From: Armatimonadota bacterium
Lineage (GTDB): Bacteria > Sysuimicrobiota > Sysuimicrobiia > Sysuimicrobiales > Humicultoraceae
Length of the DNA: 64,000 nucleotides
Assembly (NCBI GenBank): GCA_037443365.1
Contig: JBBIOM010000006.1
Span: 22,709-86,708 of the forward strand
Direction: 5' to 3'
Positions within the stretch are counted from its first letter, which is position 1, and each line of letters starts with the position of its first letter. Position numbers and translations under genes: made by a program. The notes under the pieces are model-generated. The model was given only the letters and a program-made list of their open reading frames with translations, did no database searches and was not told where the DNA came from. This document shows, piece by piece, positions 44,416-54,412 of the stretch.

Positions 44416-46296
44416 ATGAGCCGAAGCCTCAAACGCTCGTGGGACCTCATCGCACAACTACTGATGGCAGCCACCGTCCTGTACTACCTCAGGACCGCGG
44501 CCTTCGGCATGACATCGCTGCAGCACCACCGAGGGATCGCGCTGCTGTTCAGCCTGAGCGCGGCTCTCCTTCTCTACCGCGGGTGGAAGCGGTCGCCGAA
44601 GGACGCTCCTGGCCTATTCGATCTCCTGATGATCGGGGGCGCCACGGTCGGCATCGGATACTGGATCGTCCTCCACGAGGCGCTGGCCTACCGGGCAGGC
44701 GCCTACACGCGCACGGACTTCTACATGGGGCTGGTGGTGATCGCTTTGTCCCTGGAGGCCGCTCGCCGCGTGCTGGGCCGCCCCCTCACCGTCATCGCCC
44801 TGCTTGCGATCGGTTACGCGCTCTTCGGGAACTACCTCCCTCCGGTTATCGGGCACAGGGGGTTCACCTTCCGGCGCGTCATCGAGTACCTGTACCTGAC
44901 CTCGGAGGGCGTCTTCGGGGTGATGGCCGAGGTCCTGGCGACATTCATACTGCCCTTCGTGGCGTTCGGGGCCTTCATGCTGCGGGCGGGCGTGGCCAAG
45001 GTCTTCGTGGACATCTCGATGGCGCTGTTCGGCCGCATCTCCGGCGGACCGGCCCAGGTCGCCGTTGTCTCTAGCGCACTGCTGGGCTCGATCAACGGCA
45101 GCCCCATCGCCAACACCGCGACGACCGGCTCGGTCACGATACCCCTGATGAAGAAGACAGGGTTCCCACCGCACATCGCAGCCGCGGTGGAGGCCTCGGC
45201 GTCCACGGGCGGGATGATCCTCCCGCCTGTCATGGGCGCCGGCGCGTTCATCATGGCCGAGATGACCGGGATTCCCTACGTCCAGATAGTGAAGATGTCC
45301 ATCGTACCCGGGATACTCTTCTTCCTGTCGGTGGGGATCATGGTCTACCTCGAGTCGCGGAAGCTGGGGCTGCGCGGGCTCAGCCCGCAGGAGATGCCGC
45401 GTCTGGGCGAGGTGATCCGTGGCGGCTGGCACATGTTCCTGCCCATCGTCGTTCTGGTGGCCTCGCTCGTCGAGGGCTACACGCCCGCCCGCTCAGCCGT
45501 CCACGCCATAGTTGCGACAATCCTCGTGAGCTGGGTGCGCCGCGAGACCCGGATGGGTCCGTCCGAGGTGTGGCAGGCGCTCCTCGACGGCGGGAAGGCC
45601 TCGGTCTTCGTCGGCGCTGCGACGGGCGCCGTCGGCATAATCGTCGGTGTGCTCGCGCTCACGGGGATAGGGATCAGGTTCTCGACAATCATGCTGACGC
45701 TGGCAGGGCAGAGCCTTCCACTGGTGCTGCTGCTGGTGGCGATCGCATCGTTCGTCCTGGGGATGGGGATGCCCATCACGGCGGCCTACCTTGTCGTGGC
45801 CGTGGCGGCCGCGCCCGCCCTTGCCGAGATGGGCGTGCCGCTCATCGCGGCCCACCTCATCATATTCTGGCTGAGCCTCGACTCGAACATAACGCCCCCG
45901 GTCGCCCTGGGCGCCTATACAGCGGCCGCGATCGCCGACGCCGATCCCTGGCGCACCGGGTGGAACAGCTTCAGATTCGCCAAGCTGATCTACGTGATGC
46001 CGGTGCTCTTCGCCTACACGCACATCCTGTTTACCGGGACCCCTTCCGAGAACGCTTGGGCGGTGATATCGGCTATCGTGGGCACCGTGGCGTTCTCGAT
46101 AATGAGCACCGGGTTCTTCCTGGTGAGGACAGGCCTGGTGGAGTGGCTGTTGCTGGCCGCGGCCACGGTCCTCGCCTTCATTCCGGGGCTGGCCACCGAT
46201 CTCTCGGCCATCGCCATATTCATCGCGGTCTACTTCTGGCAGCGACAGAAGACCCGGGTTTCGCTTCGGGCTGCTGATCAGGCGGTCCGGCCGTAG
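44416..46296 (+). CDS. TRAP transporter fused permease (4TM/12TM)
   Basis: GGPAQVAV, EASASTGG..LPPVMGAGAFIMAE, GMGMP, ITPPVALG. Confidence 0.9.
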   Translation: MSRSLKRSWDLIAQLLMAATVLYYLRTAAFGMTSLQHHRGIALLFSLSAALLLYRGWKRSPKDAPGLFDLLMIGGATVGIGYWIVLHEALAYRAGAYTRTDFYMGLVVIALSLEAARRVLGRPLTVIALLAIGYALFGNYLPPVIGHRGFTFRRVIEYLYLTSEGVFGVMAEVLATFILPFVAFGAFMLRAGVAKVFVDISMALFGRISGGPAQVAVVSSALLGSINGSPIANTATTGSVTIPLMKKTGFPPHIAAAVEASASTGGMILPPVMGAGAFIMAEMTGIPYVQIVKMSIVPGILFFLSVGIMVYLESRKLGLRGLSPQEMPRLGEVIRGGWHMFLPIVVLVASLVEGYTPARSAVHAIVATILVSWVRRETRMGPSEVWQALLDGGKASVFVGAATGAVGIIVGVLALTGIGIRFSTIMLTLAGQSLPLVLLLVAIASFVLGMGMPITAAYLVVAVAAAPALAEMGVPLIAAHLIIFWLSLDSNITPPVALGAYTAAAIADADPWRTGWNSFRFAKLIYVMPVLFAYTHILFTGTPSENAWAVISAIVGTVAFSIMSTGFFLVRTGLVEWLLLAAATVLAFIPGLATDLSAIAIFIAVYFWQRQKTRVSLRAADQAVRP

Positions 46297-46326
46297 GTGA
46301 TCTAGGCGCTTGGAAGAGGACGCCCG

Positions 46327-47067
46327 ATGCCCGTGATGCTCAAGAAGAGCAAGTTCTACGAGCTGATCGCCGAGGATCTGTCAGTGCAGATCCGCGAGCA
46401 CCGGCTGCAGCCCGGAGAGCCCCTTCCCACAGAGCGCGACCTGGCGCAGACCTACGGTGTTGGAAGATCCTCGGTGCGCGAGGCGATGCGCATGCTCGAG
46501 TCCAGGGGGCTGATCGGGCCTGCAGGCAAGGGCTCGTTCGTCGTGGCCGGGTACGGTAATCCCCTCAGTGACTCCCTGCGCTTCCTCCTAGCCGCGAAGG
46601 AGACCGACCTCGGGGAGCTTTACGAGGCGCGCAAGATACTGGAGGCCGAGACGGCGGCGCTGGCCGCGCTGAGGCGAACCGATGCCGATCTGGCAAGGAT
46701 GCGCGGCCACATCGAGGAGATGTCCGCGGGCCTTGCCTCGCAGGAGAAGTACATCGAGGCAGACCTGCAGTTCCACCTGGCGGTGGCCGCCGCCACCCGA
46801 AACAGGGTGGTCGTTCACGTCATGGGGGCGATTAGGGACCTGCTGCACCGCGCGCTGGGCTCCATCTTCCACATACCCGGAAGCCCGCAGCAGTCGATCG
46901 CCCAGCACCGTCTCATCACGGAGGCGATAGCCGCGGGCGATCCCGATGCCGCGCGGCAGCGGATGCTGGAGCACCTGGCGAGGGTTGAGAAGGACATCCA
47001 GCACGTGCTCACCCGCAGCGCGGAAGATGGCGGGCCAGCACAGACGGTCGGACAAGAGGGTCACTGA
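46327..47067 (+). CDS. GntR/FadR family transcriptional regulator
   Basis: PGEPLPTERDLA..YGVGRSSVREA; FCD 'ADLQFH..VA.AT.N'. Confidence 0.92.
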   Translation: MPVMLKKSKFYELIAEDLSVQIREHRLQPGEPLPTERDLAQTYGVGRSSVREAMRMLESRGLIGPAGKGSFVVAGYGNPLSDSLRFLLAAKETDLGELYEARKILEAETAALAALRRTDADLARMRGHIEEMSAGLASQEKYIEADLQFHLAVAAATRNRVVVHVMGAIRDLLHRALGSIFHIPGSPQQSIAQHRLITEAIAAGDPDAARQRMLEHLARVEKDIQHVLTRSAEDGGPAQTVGQEGH

Positions 47068-47077
47068 GGAGGGACGG

Positions 47078-47962
47078 ATGCAGCGACTGGGCTACGTGGG
47101 TTTGGGCGTGATGGGTGGACGGATCGCCAAGCGTCTGCTGGACGCGGGCTATCCCGTGTTGGGCTACAACCGCACCAGGGAGAAGGCGCGGTGGCTGGAG
47201 GAGGCGGGCCTGAGGCTGGCGGACTCGCCGCGGGCGGTCGCCGAGGCCTCCGACGTCGTGTTCTCGATGGTCACGAACACGGCGGCCCTGAGAGAGGTCA
47301 CCGATGGTCCTGACGGCATACTCGCCGGCCTCCGCCCGGGGAGCGTGTACATAGACATGAGCACCGCGAGCCCCCGTGTCAGCGCTGATCTGGCGGCCCG
47401 GGTCGCGCAGCTGGGCGCGCGGATGCTCGACGCCCCGGTATCAGGGAGCGTGGCGACGCTGGAGGCAGGGCGGCTCTCGATCATGGTGGGCGGCGATCGC
47501 GAGGTCTGTGACCGCGTCCTGCCGGTCCTCGAGGCGATTGGCCCCACCGTGGACTACGTTGGCGAGAACGGCCAGGCGGTTCTCCTCAAGATCGCGAGCA
47601 ACCTGAGCCTGGCCGTTCAGATGCTGGCGTTCAGCGAGGGCGTGCTGCTTGCCGAGAAGCGCGGGATCGCGCGGGCGACCGCGGTCAAGGTGCTGCTGAA
47701 CAGCGTCATGGCCTCACCGATGCTGCGCTACCGCGGTCCCTTTGTGCTCGAGATGCCTGAGGAGGCCTGGTTCGACGTCACCATGATGCAGAAGGACCTG
47801 CAGCTCGCGCTCGAGATGGGCCGCGAGCTCGAGGTCCCGCTGCCCACAACCGGGGTGACCAACGAGATGCTCACCTCGGCCCGGGCCATGGGGCTTTCCA
47901 GGCAGGACTTCGCGGCCGTATTCAAGGTGCTGGCCCGCATGGCAGGCCTGGGAGGCTCGTAG
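47078..47962 (+). CDS. NAD(P)-dependent beta-hydroxyacid dehydrogenase (3-hydroxyisobutyrate DH / tartronate semialdehyde reductase family)
   Basis: GYVGLGVMG, DAPVSG, MVGG, K..SN, KDL. Confidence 0.88.
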   Translation: MQRLGYVGLGVMGGRIAKRLLDAGYPVLGYNRTREKARWLEEAGLRLADSPRAVAEASDVVFSMVTNTAALREVTDGPDGILAGLRPGSVYIDMSTASPRVSADLAARVAQLGARMLDAPVSGSVATLEAGRLSIMVGGDREVCDRVLPVLEAIGPTVDYVGENGQAVLLKIASNLSLAVQMLAFSEGVLLAEKRGIARATAVKVLLNSVMASPMLRYRGPFVLEMPEEAWFDVTMMQKDLQLALEMGRELEVPLPTTGVTNEMLTSARAMGLSRQDFAAVFKVLARMAGLGGS

Positions 47963-48933
47963 TGCCGGCAGTGGTGGACCTGGACCGCTGGGTCGCGGCC
48001 TACGGGCTGATGGCCACGATAAGGGCATTTGAGGAGGGCGTGAACCAGCTCTACATCACCGCCAAGATGCCTGGGCTGGCGCACCTGTACACCGGCCAGG
48101 AGGCGACCGCGGTCGGGGTGTGCATGGCTCTGGGCCCGCAGGACTACATCACGAGCACCCATAGGGGCCATGGCCACTGCCTGGCCAAGGGGGCCTCGCC
48201 TGACCGCATGTTCGCGGAGCTGCTTGGGAAGGCCGCCGGGTACTGCAAGGGCAAGGGCGGCTCGATGCACATCGCCGATCCCGACACGGGTAACCTGGGC
48301 GCCAACGCGATAGTCGGCGGGAGCGCCGGAATAGCCACTGGCGCCGCTCTCTCTGCCAAGAGGCTCGGCACCGATCGTGTGTCGGTGTGCTTCTTCGGAG
48401 AGGGCGCGCTGGGGCAGGGGGTCCTCTACGAGGTAATGAACCTGGCTTCGCTGTGGGCGTTGCCGGTGATCTATGTCTGCGAGAACAACCTCTACAGCGA
48501 GTACACCCTCTACACCGAGACGGCGGCGGGTTCCCTCAGGGCTAGGCCCGAGGCCTTCGGCATACCCGCCTGGGAGGTGGACGGACAGGATGTGCGCGCC
48601 GTCTACGCCGCCTCCGTGGAGGCGGTGGGGCGCACGAGGCGGGGGGAGGGCCCGGCCGCCCTGTTCTGCAACACCTACCGCTACTACGGACACCATGTGG
48701 GCGACATCAACCGTGCCTACTACCGGTCAAAGGATGAGGAGCAGCGGTGGAGGGCAGAGCGCGATCCACTGGCGATCCTGCGCCGCTGGCTGGTGGAGGA
48801 CGCCGGCGTGGATCCATCCGTCCTGGACGAGCTTGAGAGCCACGCCCAGGCCAAGGTGGCAGCAGGGATGGAGTTCGGGCTGGCCGCACCCTATCCCGAG
48901 CCAGAAGAGGTGGGTCGAGATGTCTACGCTTAG
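47962..48933 (+). CDS. TPP-dependent dehydrogenase E1 alpha subunit (acetoin/pyruvate dehydrogenase family)
   Basis: HLYTGQEA, THRGHGH, GKGGSMH, GEGA..QG...ENN, TYRYYGH. Confidence 0.9.
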   Translation: MPAVVDLDRWVAAYGLMATIRAFEEGVNQLYITAKMPGLAHLYTGQEATAVGVCMALGPQDYITSTHRGHGHCLAKGASPDRMFAELLGKAAGYCKGKGGSMHIADPDTGNLGANAIVGGSAGIATGAALSAKRLGTDRVSVCFFGEGALGQGVLYEVMNLASLWALPVIYVCENNLYSEYTLYTETAAGSLRARPEAFGIPAWEVDGQDVRAVYAASVEAVGRTRRGEGPAALFCNTYRYYGHHVGDINRAYYRSKDEEQRWRAERDPLAILRRWLVEDAGVDPSVLDELESHAQAKVAAGMEFGLAAPYPEPEEVGRDVYA

Positions 48934-49960
48934 GACGGCGGCGCCTCCTGACACCGAGAAGGCAATCCGAGAGATCACCTTTGCACAGGCCGTCAGGGAG
49001 GCGCTCGCGGAGGAGATGCGTCGCGATCCCAGGGTGATCATCCTCGGAGAGGACGTCGCGGAGGCCGGCACGCCGTTCAAGGTGCTCTCAGGGCTGGTCG
49101 AGGAGTTCGGCACGGACAGGGTCATTGACACCCCGATATCCGAGGCCGGCTTCACCGGGATTGCGGTCGGGGCCGCGATGACCGGGCTGAGGCCCATCGC
49201 CGACATCATGTTCGGCGATTTCCTCACGCTGGCCATGGACCAGATCGTGAACCAGGCCGCCAAGGTCCACTACATGTCGGGCGGCCGCCTCAGCGTACCC
49301 ATGGTGGTCCGCGCCACGCTGGGCGCCACCCGACGCTCCGCGGCCCAGCACAGCCAGAGCCTGCATGCCTGGTTCGGCCACGTACCGGGTTTGAAGGTGG
49401 TGTTGCCGTCCACTCCCTACGACGCGAAGGGGCTGCTGAAGACGGCTATCCGTGATGACAACCCGGTGCTGTTCTTCGAGGACAAGCTGATGTTCCAGAC
49501 CCGGGGGCCGGTGCCCGAGGAGGAATACACGATTCCCTTCGGAGTGGCAGACCTCAAGCGGGAAGGGATGGATGTGACCCTCGTGGCGACAAGCAGCATG
49601 GTGCAGGTTGCCCTCGACGCTGCGCTGCTCCTTGAGCAGGATGGCATCAGCGCCGAGGTGATCGACCCGCGCACCACCGTTCCCCTGGACGCTGGCACGA
49701 TCGTCGAGTCAGCCAAGAAGACCGGGCGAGCCATCGTGGTGGATGAGGGCCACGAGCGATACGGGGTTACTGCCGAGATCGCCTCTGTCATCGCAGAAGG
49801 TGCCTTCTACCATCTTGATGTCCCTGTCAGGCGGTTGGGGGCCATGGACGTGCCCGTGCCCTTCTCACCGGTGCTAGAGGACCTCACGGTGCCCACGCCC
49901 GAGAGGGTGGCGGCAGAGGCGAGAGCGCTCTGCGGGGCGCCGCGTCAGCGGGAGGGCTAG
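48920..49960 (+). CDS. TPP-dependent dehydrogenase E1 beta subunit
   Basis: GEDV, DTPISE, MDQIVNQAAK, AAQHSQ. Confidence 0.9.
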   Translation: MSTLRTAAPPDTEKAIREITFAQAVREALAEEMRRDPRVIILGEDVAEAGTPFKVLSGLVEEFGTDRVIDTPISEAGFTGIAVGAAMTGLRPIADIMFGDFLTLAMDQIVNQAAKVHYMSGGRLSVPMVVRATLGATRRSAAQHSQSLHAWFGHVPGLKVVLPSTPYDAKGLLKTAIRDDNPVLFFEDKLMFQTRGPVPEEEYTIPFGVADLKREGMDVTLVATSSMVQVALDAALLLEQDGISAEVIDPRTTVPLDAGTIVESAKKTGRAIVVDEGHERYGVTAEIASVIAEGAFYHLDVPVRRLGAMDVPVPFSPVLEDLTVPTPERVAAEARALCGAPRQREG

Positions 49961-49965
49961 CAGGG

Positions 49966-51186
49966 ATGCCCACGGACGTGGTAATGCCAGCGCTGGGCAT
50001 GGCCCAGGAGACCGGCCGCATCGTGCGGTGGCTCAAGGCCGAGGGGGAACCTGTCACCAAAGGGGAGCCCCTCATTGAGATAGAGACAGACAAGGTTACG
50101 GTCGAGATAGAGGCGCCTGCCACCGGAGTCCTCGCCCGCGTCACAGCAGGCGAGGGCCAGGTGGTGCCCGTGGGTGAAGTGATAGCGCTGATACTCGCTG
50201 CGGGCGAGCAGGCCCCTGCCGCGGCCGTCCCGGCCAGAACGGAGGCAATCCAGCAGGCGCCCCTGCGCGTGGGGGCGCGCACCTCCACCGCCGGTGGCCT
50301 ACCCGCAGGCGCCGATGCAGCCAAGATCCCGGCCAGCCCCCTCGCCCGACGGATCGCCGCAGAGCACGGCGTCGACCTGGCACAGGTCAAGGGCCGGGCA
50401 GGCCGGATAGACAAGGCGGATGTGCTCGCCTACATCCAGGCGCGGGACGCCGGGGCAGCGCCTGTCCAGGCCTCGGCTTCGCGTGCCGGGGCTGGCGGGC
50501 CGCCATCGGCTGCCAGAGAGGCCGAGGTCGGGACCGTCTGGCGGCTCATGGCGGAGCGGACCACGAAGAGCTGGACCACTGCCCCGCACATCTATCTCAG
50601 GCGAGATGTGGATGCCGGCCGGCTGGCCGCCTGGCGTGAGGGGGCGAGGAAGCGGTCGGGTCTCGACCTAACCTACACCGATCTGCTGGTACGGCTGGTG
50701 GCCGTTGCACTGCGTGACCATCCCGGTCTGGTGGCCACCTGGAGGGATGGTGCGATCGTGCAGTCCGGGGAGATCAACATCGGGGTAGCCGTGGCGATCG
50801 ACGAAGGCCTGATTGTTCCCGTAATCCACGGCGCGGACCGGCTGACCCTGGAGGAGATAGCCCTGAGGCGGCAGGACCTCGTGAGCAGGGCCAACGCCGG
50901 GGCGCTGCGCCCCGAGGACATCCGCGGCGGCACGTTCACCATCAGCAACCTCGGGATGTACGGGGTGGATGCCTTCGATGCCGTTATCAACCCGCCTCAG
51001 GCCGCGATCCTGGCCGTGGGGCGGATCGCACCTCGCGTGGTTGCGGTCGGAGGCGCGCCGGCTGTGCGGCCGGCGATGACGCTCTCGCTCTCGTGCGACC
51101 ACCGCGTGGTGGACGGAGCACGCGGGGCGCGCTTCCTCGGGGCGCTGGCAGGCCTCATCGAAGAGCCGCTGTCGCTTCTCGGATAG
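49966..51186 (+). CDS. Dihydrolipoamide acyltransferase E2
   Basis: Lipoyl domain IETDKV, binding domain ASPLARRIA, catalytic DHRVVDG. Confidence 0.92.
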   Translation: MPTDVVMPALGMAQETGRIVRWLKAEGEPVTKGEPLIEIETDKVTVEIEAPATGVLARVTAGEGQVVPVGEVIALILAAGEQAPAAAVPARTEAIQQAPLRVGARTSTAGGLPAGADAAKIPASPLARRIAAEHGVDLAQVKGRAGRIDKADVLAYIQARDAGAAPVQASASRAGAGGPPSAAREAEVGTVWRLMAERTTKSWTTAPHIYLRRDVDAGRLAAWREGARKRSGLDLTYTDLLVRLVAVALRDHPGLVATWRDGAIVQSGEINIGVAVAIDEGLIVPVIHGADRLTLEEIALRRQDLVSRANAGALRPEDIRGGTFTISNLGMYGVDAFDAVINPPQAAILAVGRIAPRVVAVGGAPAVRPAMTLSLSCDHRVVDGARGARFLGALAGLIEEPLSLLG

Positions 51187-51213
51187 GCGGCGCGGCCCAC
51201 TGGGGGGCGGTAC

Positions 51214-52254
51214 TTGCTGGCTCTTGTGAAGACGGCACGCGGCCCAGGATTCCTGGAGCTGCGCGAGATCCCGGTCCCGCAGATTGGGCCCGATGAGGTG
51301 CTGGTGAGGGTGAGGGCCTGCGGCGTCTGCGGCAGCGACATCAAGATACAGGACGATCAGCATCCCTATAGCCCGCCCGTGGTCATCGGCCATGAGTTCG
51401 CGGGCGAGATAGCGGCCCTGGGTGATGCGGTCGCCGGGTGGTCGGAGGGTGATCGCGTCGTCAGCGAGCAGCACGTCGGTGCCTGTGGGCGCTGCCGGCT
51501 GTGCCTGACAGGAGGCGCCTTCGCCTGCGCCTGTAAGCGGGCTCCGGGCTACGGCTCAGACGGCGCCTTCGCTGAGTTCATCAAGGTGCCCTCATGGTTG
51601 CTGCACCGCATACCCCAGGGGCTCGGCTTCATCGAGGCGGCCATGACAGAGCCCGCGGCCGTGGCTGTCCACGGCGTGCTCGAAAGGGCGCGCGTCCTCC
51701 CCGAGGATGTGGTCCTCATCCTGGGCTGCGGGCCCATCGGCCTGGCAGCGGCGATGATGGTCAGATCGGCCGGCGCATCCGAGGTGATCGTCACCGGCGT
51801 GGGTCGCGATGAACGCGTCAGGCTACCCAAGGCGCGCGAGCTCGGAATCGGCCATGTCGTGAACGTGGAACAGGACGACTTGGCCGGGCTGGTCTTGGGC
51901 CTGACCGGCGGGCGAGGCGCCGACCTGGTCGTGGAGTTGTCTGGGTCACCGGCGGCCATCGAGCAGGCCTTTCGGCTTGCCCGGCGGCTGGGAAGGGTTT
52001 GCCTCTTGGGCCAGCCGCCGTCCGACGAGGTCCTCGTTCCATACCGCGAAGCGCTCCTTCGTGCGCTTGAGGTCTGGTTCTGCTACAGCTCAAGGTACAG
52101 CAGCTGGGAGCGGGCCCTCTCGATGTTTGCCCGCGGCGTGATTCGCCCTGCCCAACTCGTGACGCACGTGCTGCCGCTTGCACAGTGGGAGCGCGGCTTC
52201 GACCTTGCCCGGAGCGGCGAGGCCGTGAAGGTCGTACTGGAGCCAGTGGCATGA
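51214..52254 (+). CDS. Zn-dependent alcohol/polyol dehydrogenase
   Basis: CGSD, GHE, CxxCxxC...C, GCGPIG; TTG start. Confidence 0.88.
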   Translation: MLALVKTARGPGFLELREIPVPQIGPDEVLVRVRACGVCGSDIKIQDDQHPYSPPVVIGHEFAGEIAALGDAVAGWSEGDRVVSEQHVGACGRCRLCLTGGAFACACKRAPGYGSDGAFAEFIKVPSWLLHRIPQGLGFIEAAMTEPAAVAVHGVLERARVLPEDVVLILGCGPIGLAAAMMVRSAGASEVIVTGVGRDERVRLPKARELGIGHVVNVEQDDLAGLVLGLTGGRGADLVVELSGSPAAIEQAFRLARRLGRVCLLGQPPSDEVLVPYREALLRALEVWFCYSSRYSSWERALSMFARGVIRPAQLVTHVLPLAQWERGFDLARSGEAVKVVLEPVA

Positions 52255-52312
52255 GAGGCACTCCTGGTGGCACAAGATCAATACCCGGCATACGTGCGGA
52301 GGAAGAGCACAG

Positions 52313-53380
52313 ATGGTGATTCCAGAGACGATGAAGGCCGCGGTGCTGTTCGACTACGGCGACCTGCGCCTGAGCGAGGTGCGGACCCCTGTGCCAGGGC
52401 CGGGCGAGGCCCTCATACGGGTGAAGGCGGTGGCGATCTGCGGCAGCGACCCAGGTATCATCGCGCGCGGGTGGCCCAACCATCCCCCGCTTGGGGAGTT
52501 CATCCCGGGCCACGAGTTCACGGGAACCGTGGTGGCCGCGGCACCTGATGTCACCGAGGTCAAGGAGGGCGATCGGGTGGCTGTGGAGCCGCACAAGGGG
52601 TGCGGCCGCTGCGTCAACTGCCTGAGGGGTCTCTACACGACGTGCCTCAACTACGGTCGGCCCGAAAAGGGCCACCGCCACTACGGCTTCTCCAGCAACG
52701 GCGCCTACGCCGAGTACGCGGCCTGCCACGTGAATACACTCCACGTGCTTCCCGAGAGCATCTCGTACGAGGAAGGCACGGTACTGACCACCGCCGGAAC
52801 CGTCCTCTACGGTTACGAGAGGATCGGTGGGGTGCGCCCGGGCGAAACCGTTGTGGTCACCGGCCCGGGCGCGATCGGACTGCTGTCCACGCGGCTCGCC
52901 AAGATACTCGGTGCCGGCCGGGTCATCCTCACGGGGACACGCGACGATCGCCTGGCGGTGGGGCGGCAGATGGGCGCGGACGTTGCGATCAACACCAGGT
53001 CCGCCTCGGCGCGGGAGGCGATAATGGACCTCACCGGCGGTATCGGCGCCGATCTTGTTGTGGAGTGCACCGGGCAGGCCGGGCCCGCGGCCGAGGCCCT
53101 CGAACTCGTGCGCAAGAGCGGCCGCATCTCCTACAACGGCATCTACCACGAGCCCGTGGCGCTGCAACTCAACAAGATCGTCCAGTGGAACCTCGAGATA
53201 ACCGGCCCGAAGGCCGAGGGGATGTGGTGCATGGAGAGGGCCGTGCCACTGATGGCCGACGGCCGTCTGGCCGTGACACCCCTGATCACGCACACCTTCC
53301 CGCTGGATGAGATCAACCGGGCCTTCGAAACGTTCACAAATCGCGTGGGAGGGGCAATCAAGGTCGTCATCAGGCCCTAG
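52313..53380 (+). CDS. Zn-dependent alcohol/polyol dehydrogenase
   Basis: CGSD, GHE, CGRCVNC...C, GPGAIG. Confidence 0.9.
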   Translation: MVIPETMKAAVLFDYGDLRLSEVRTPVPGPGEALIRVKAVAICGSDPGIIARGWPNHPPLGEFIPGHEFTGTVVAAAPDVTEVKEGDRVAVEPHKGCGRCVNCLRGLYTTCLNYGRPEKGHRHYGFSSNGAYAEYAACHVNTLHVLPESISYEEGTVLTTAGTVLYGYERIGGVRPGETVVVTGPGAIGLLSTRLAKILGAGRVILTGTRDDRLAVGRQMGADVAINTRSASAREAIMDLTGGIGADLVVECTGQAGPAAEALELVRKSGRISYNGIYHEPVALQLNKIVQWNLEITGPKAEGMWCMERAVPLMADGRLAVTPLITHTFPLDEINRAFETFTNRVGGAIKVVIRP

Positions 53381-53398
53381 CACGTGACAGGAGGAGAA

Positions 53399-54370
53399 AT
53401 GGGCAACTGGGAGATTCCGCCCGAGGGCGGCCACCTCGATGCCGCGGACGGCATCTACTTCCAGAACATGACCATGAAGGAAGTGGAGGCCCGCCTCGCG
53501 GTGAACGATCTGATGATCATTCCCGTCGGCAGCACCGAGGCCCACGGCCCCCATGCCTGCTACGGAGAGGACACCTTCTTGGTGACCAGGATGGCAGAGG
53601 CCGTAGCCAAGAGAGTCGGGTGCACCGTCTCACAGCCGGTGTGGTTCGGGAGTCATCCCTATCATCACATCGGCATGCCGGGAACGATCCCGGTGGACGA
53701 GGACACGTTCACGGCCTACCTCAGCTCAATCATTGCGGGCTTCTGGAACGCTGGCTTCCGCAAGCAGATACTCCTGAATGGGCACGGCCAGGAGTACGTC
53801 ATCCCGACCGCGATCCACCGGTTTGCGAAGCGCTACCAGGTCCCTGCGGTGCTTGTCAACCTGAACTGGTACTACGCCATCCAGCCCTACGTCAAGGACA
53901 AGGAGCACGGCGGCCCGTTTGAGACACCCTTCGTTCACGCCGACGAGTGCGAGACCTCGTTCTCCCTCGCCCTCTTCCCGGAGATGATCCGGATGGAGGA
54001 CGCGGTTGACACGCAGGTTCGCGGCTTCCTGCCGCCTGGGCACGTTGACTCGGCCGCGAACGCCTACCAGCGGGCCATCCCCTGGTATGGACACGCGGGG
54101 TTGGGGACAATTGAGGTTGTTGGGAACCCGGAGGGGGTCGTGGGCCGCGCCACGCTGGCGGCCGCGGAGAAGGCGCGTCCAGGGCTTGAGGCGCTTCTTA
54201 ACTACATGGTCCGGCTGCACGACGACATAATGGCGCGATTCCCGCCGGGTGAGCTGCCCGAGGCGATGCTGGTCACGCAGCGGCTCACACAGGAGCAGGT
54301 TGATGAGCTCGTGCGAGGCCCGCTGCGCGGCGGCAAGCACCTCTACACGATCGCCTGGCCGCCGCGCTGA
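53399..54370 (+). CDS. iolN: Creatininase-family hydrolase, 3-dehydro-scyllo-inosose hydrolase (IolN)-like
   Basis: YFQNMTMK, GSTEAHG, GEDTFLVTRMAE, HPYHHIGMPGT, NGHGQE, HADECET; closely resembles recalled Thermotoga IolN. Confidence 0.75.
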   Translation: MGNWEIPPEGGHLDAADGIYFQNMTMKEVEARLAVNDLMIIPVGSTEAHGPHACYGEDTFLVTRMAEAVAKRVGCTVSQPVWFGSHPYHHIGMPGTIPVDEDTFTAYLSSIIAGFWNAGFRKQILLNGHGQEYVIPTAIHRFAKRYQVPAVLVNLNWYYAIQPYVKDKEHGGPFETPFVHADECETSFSLALFPEMIRMEDAVDTQVRGFLPPGHVDSAANAYQRAIPWYGHAGLGTIEVVGNPEGVVGRATLAAAEKARPGLEALLNYMVRLHDDIMARFPPGELPEAMLVTQRLTQEQVDELVRGPLRGGKHLYTIAWPPR

Positions 54371-54412
54371 CGGCCGCGAAGGCGACCGGAAGGTACACGG
54401 GAGGGAGATGGC

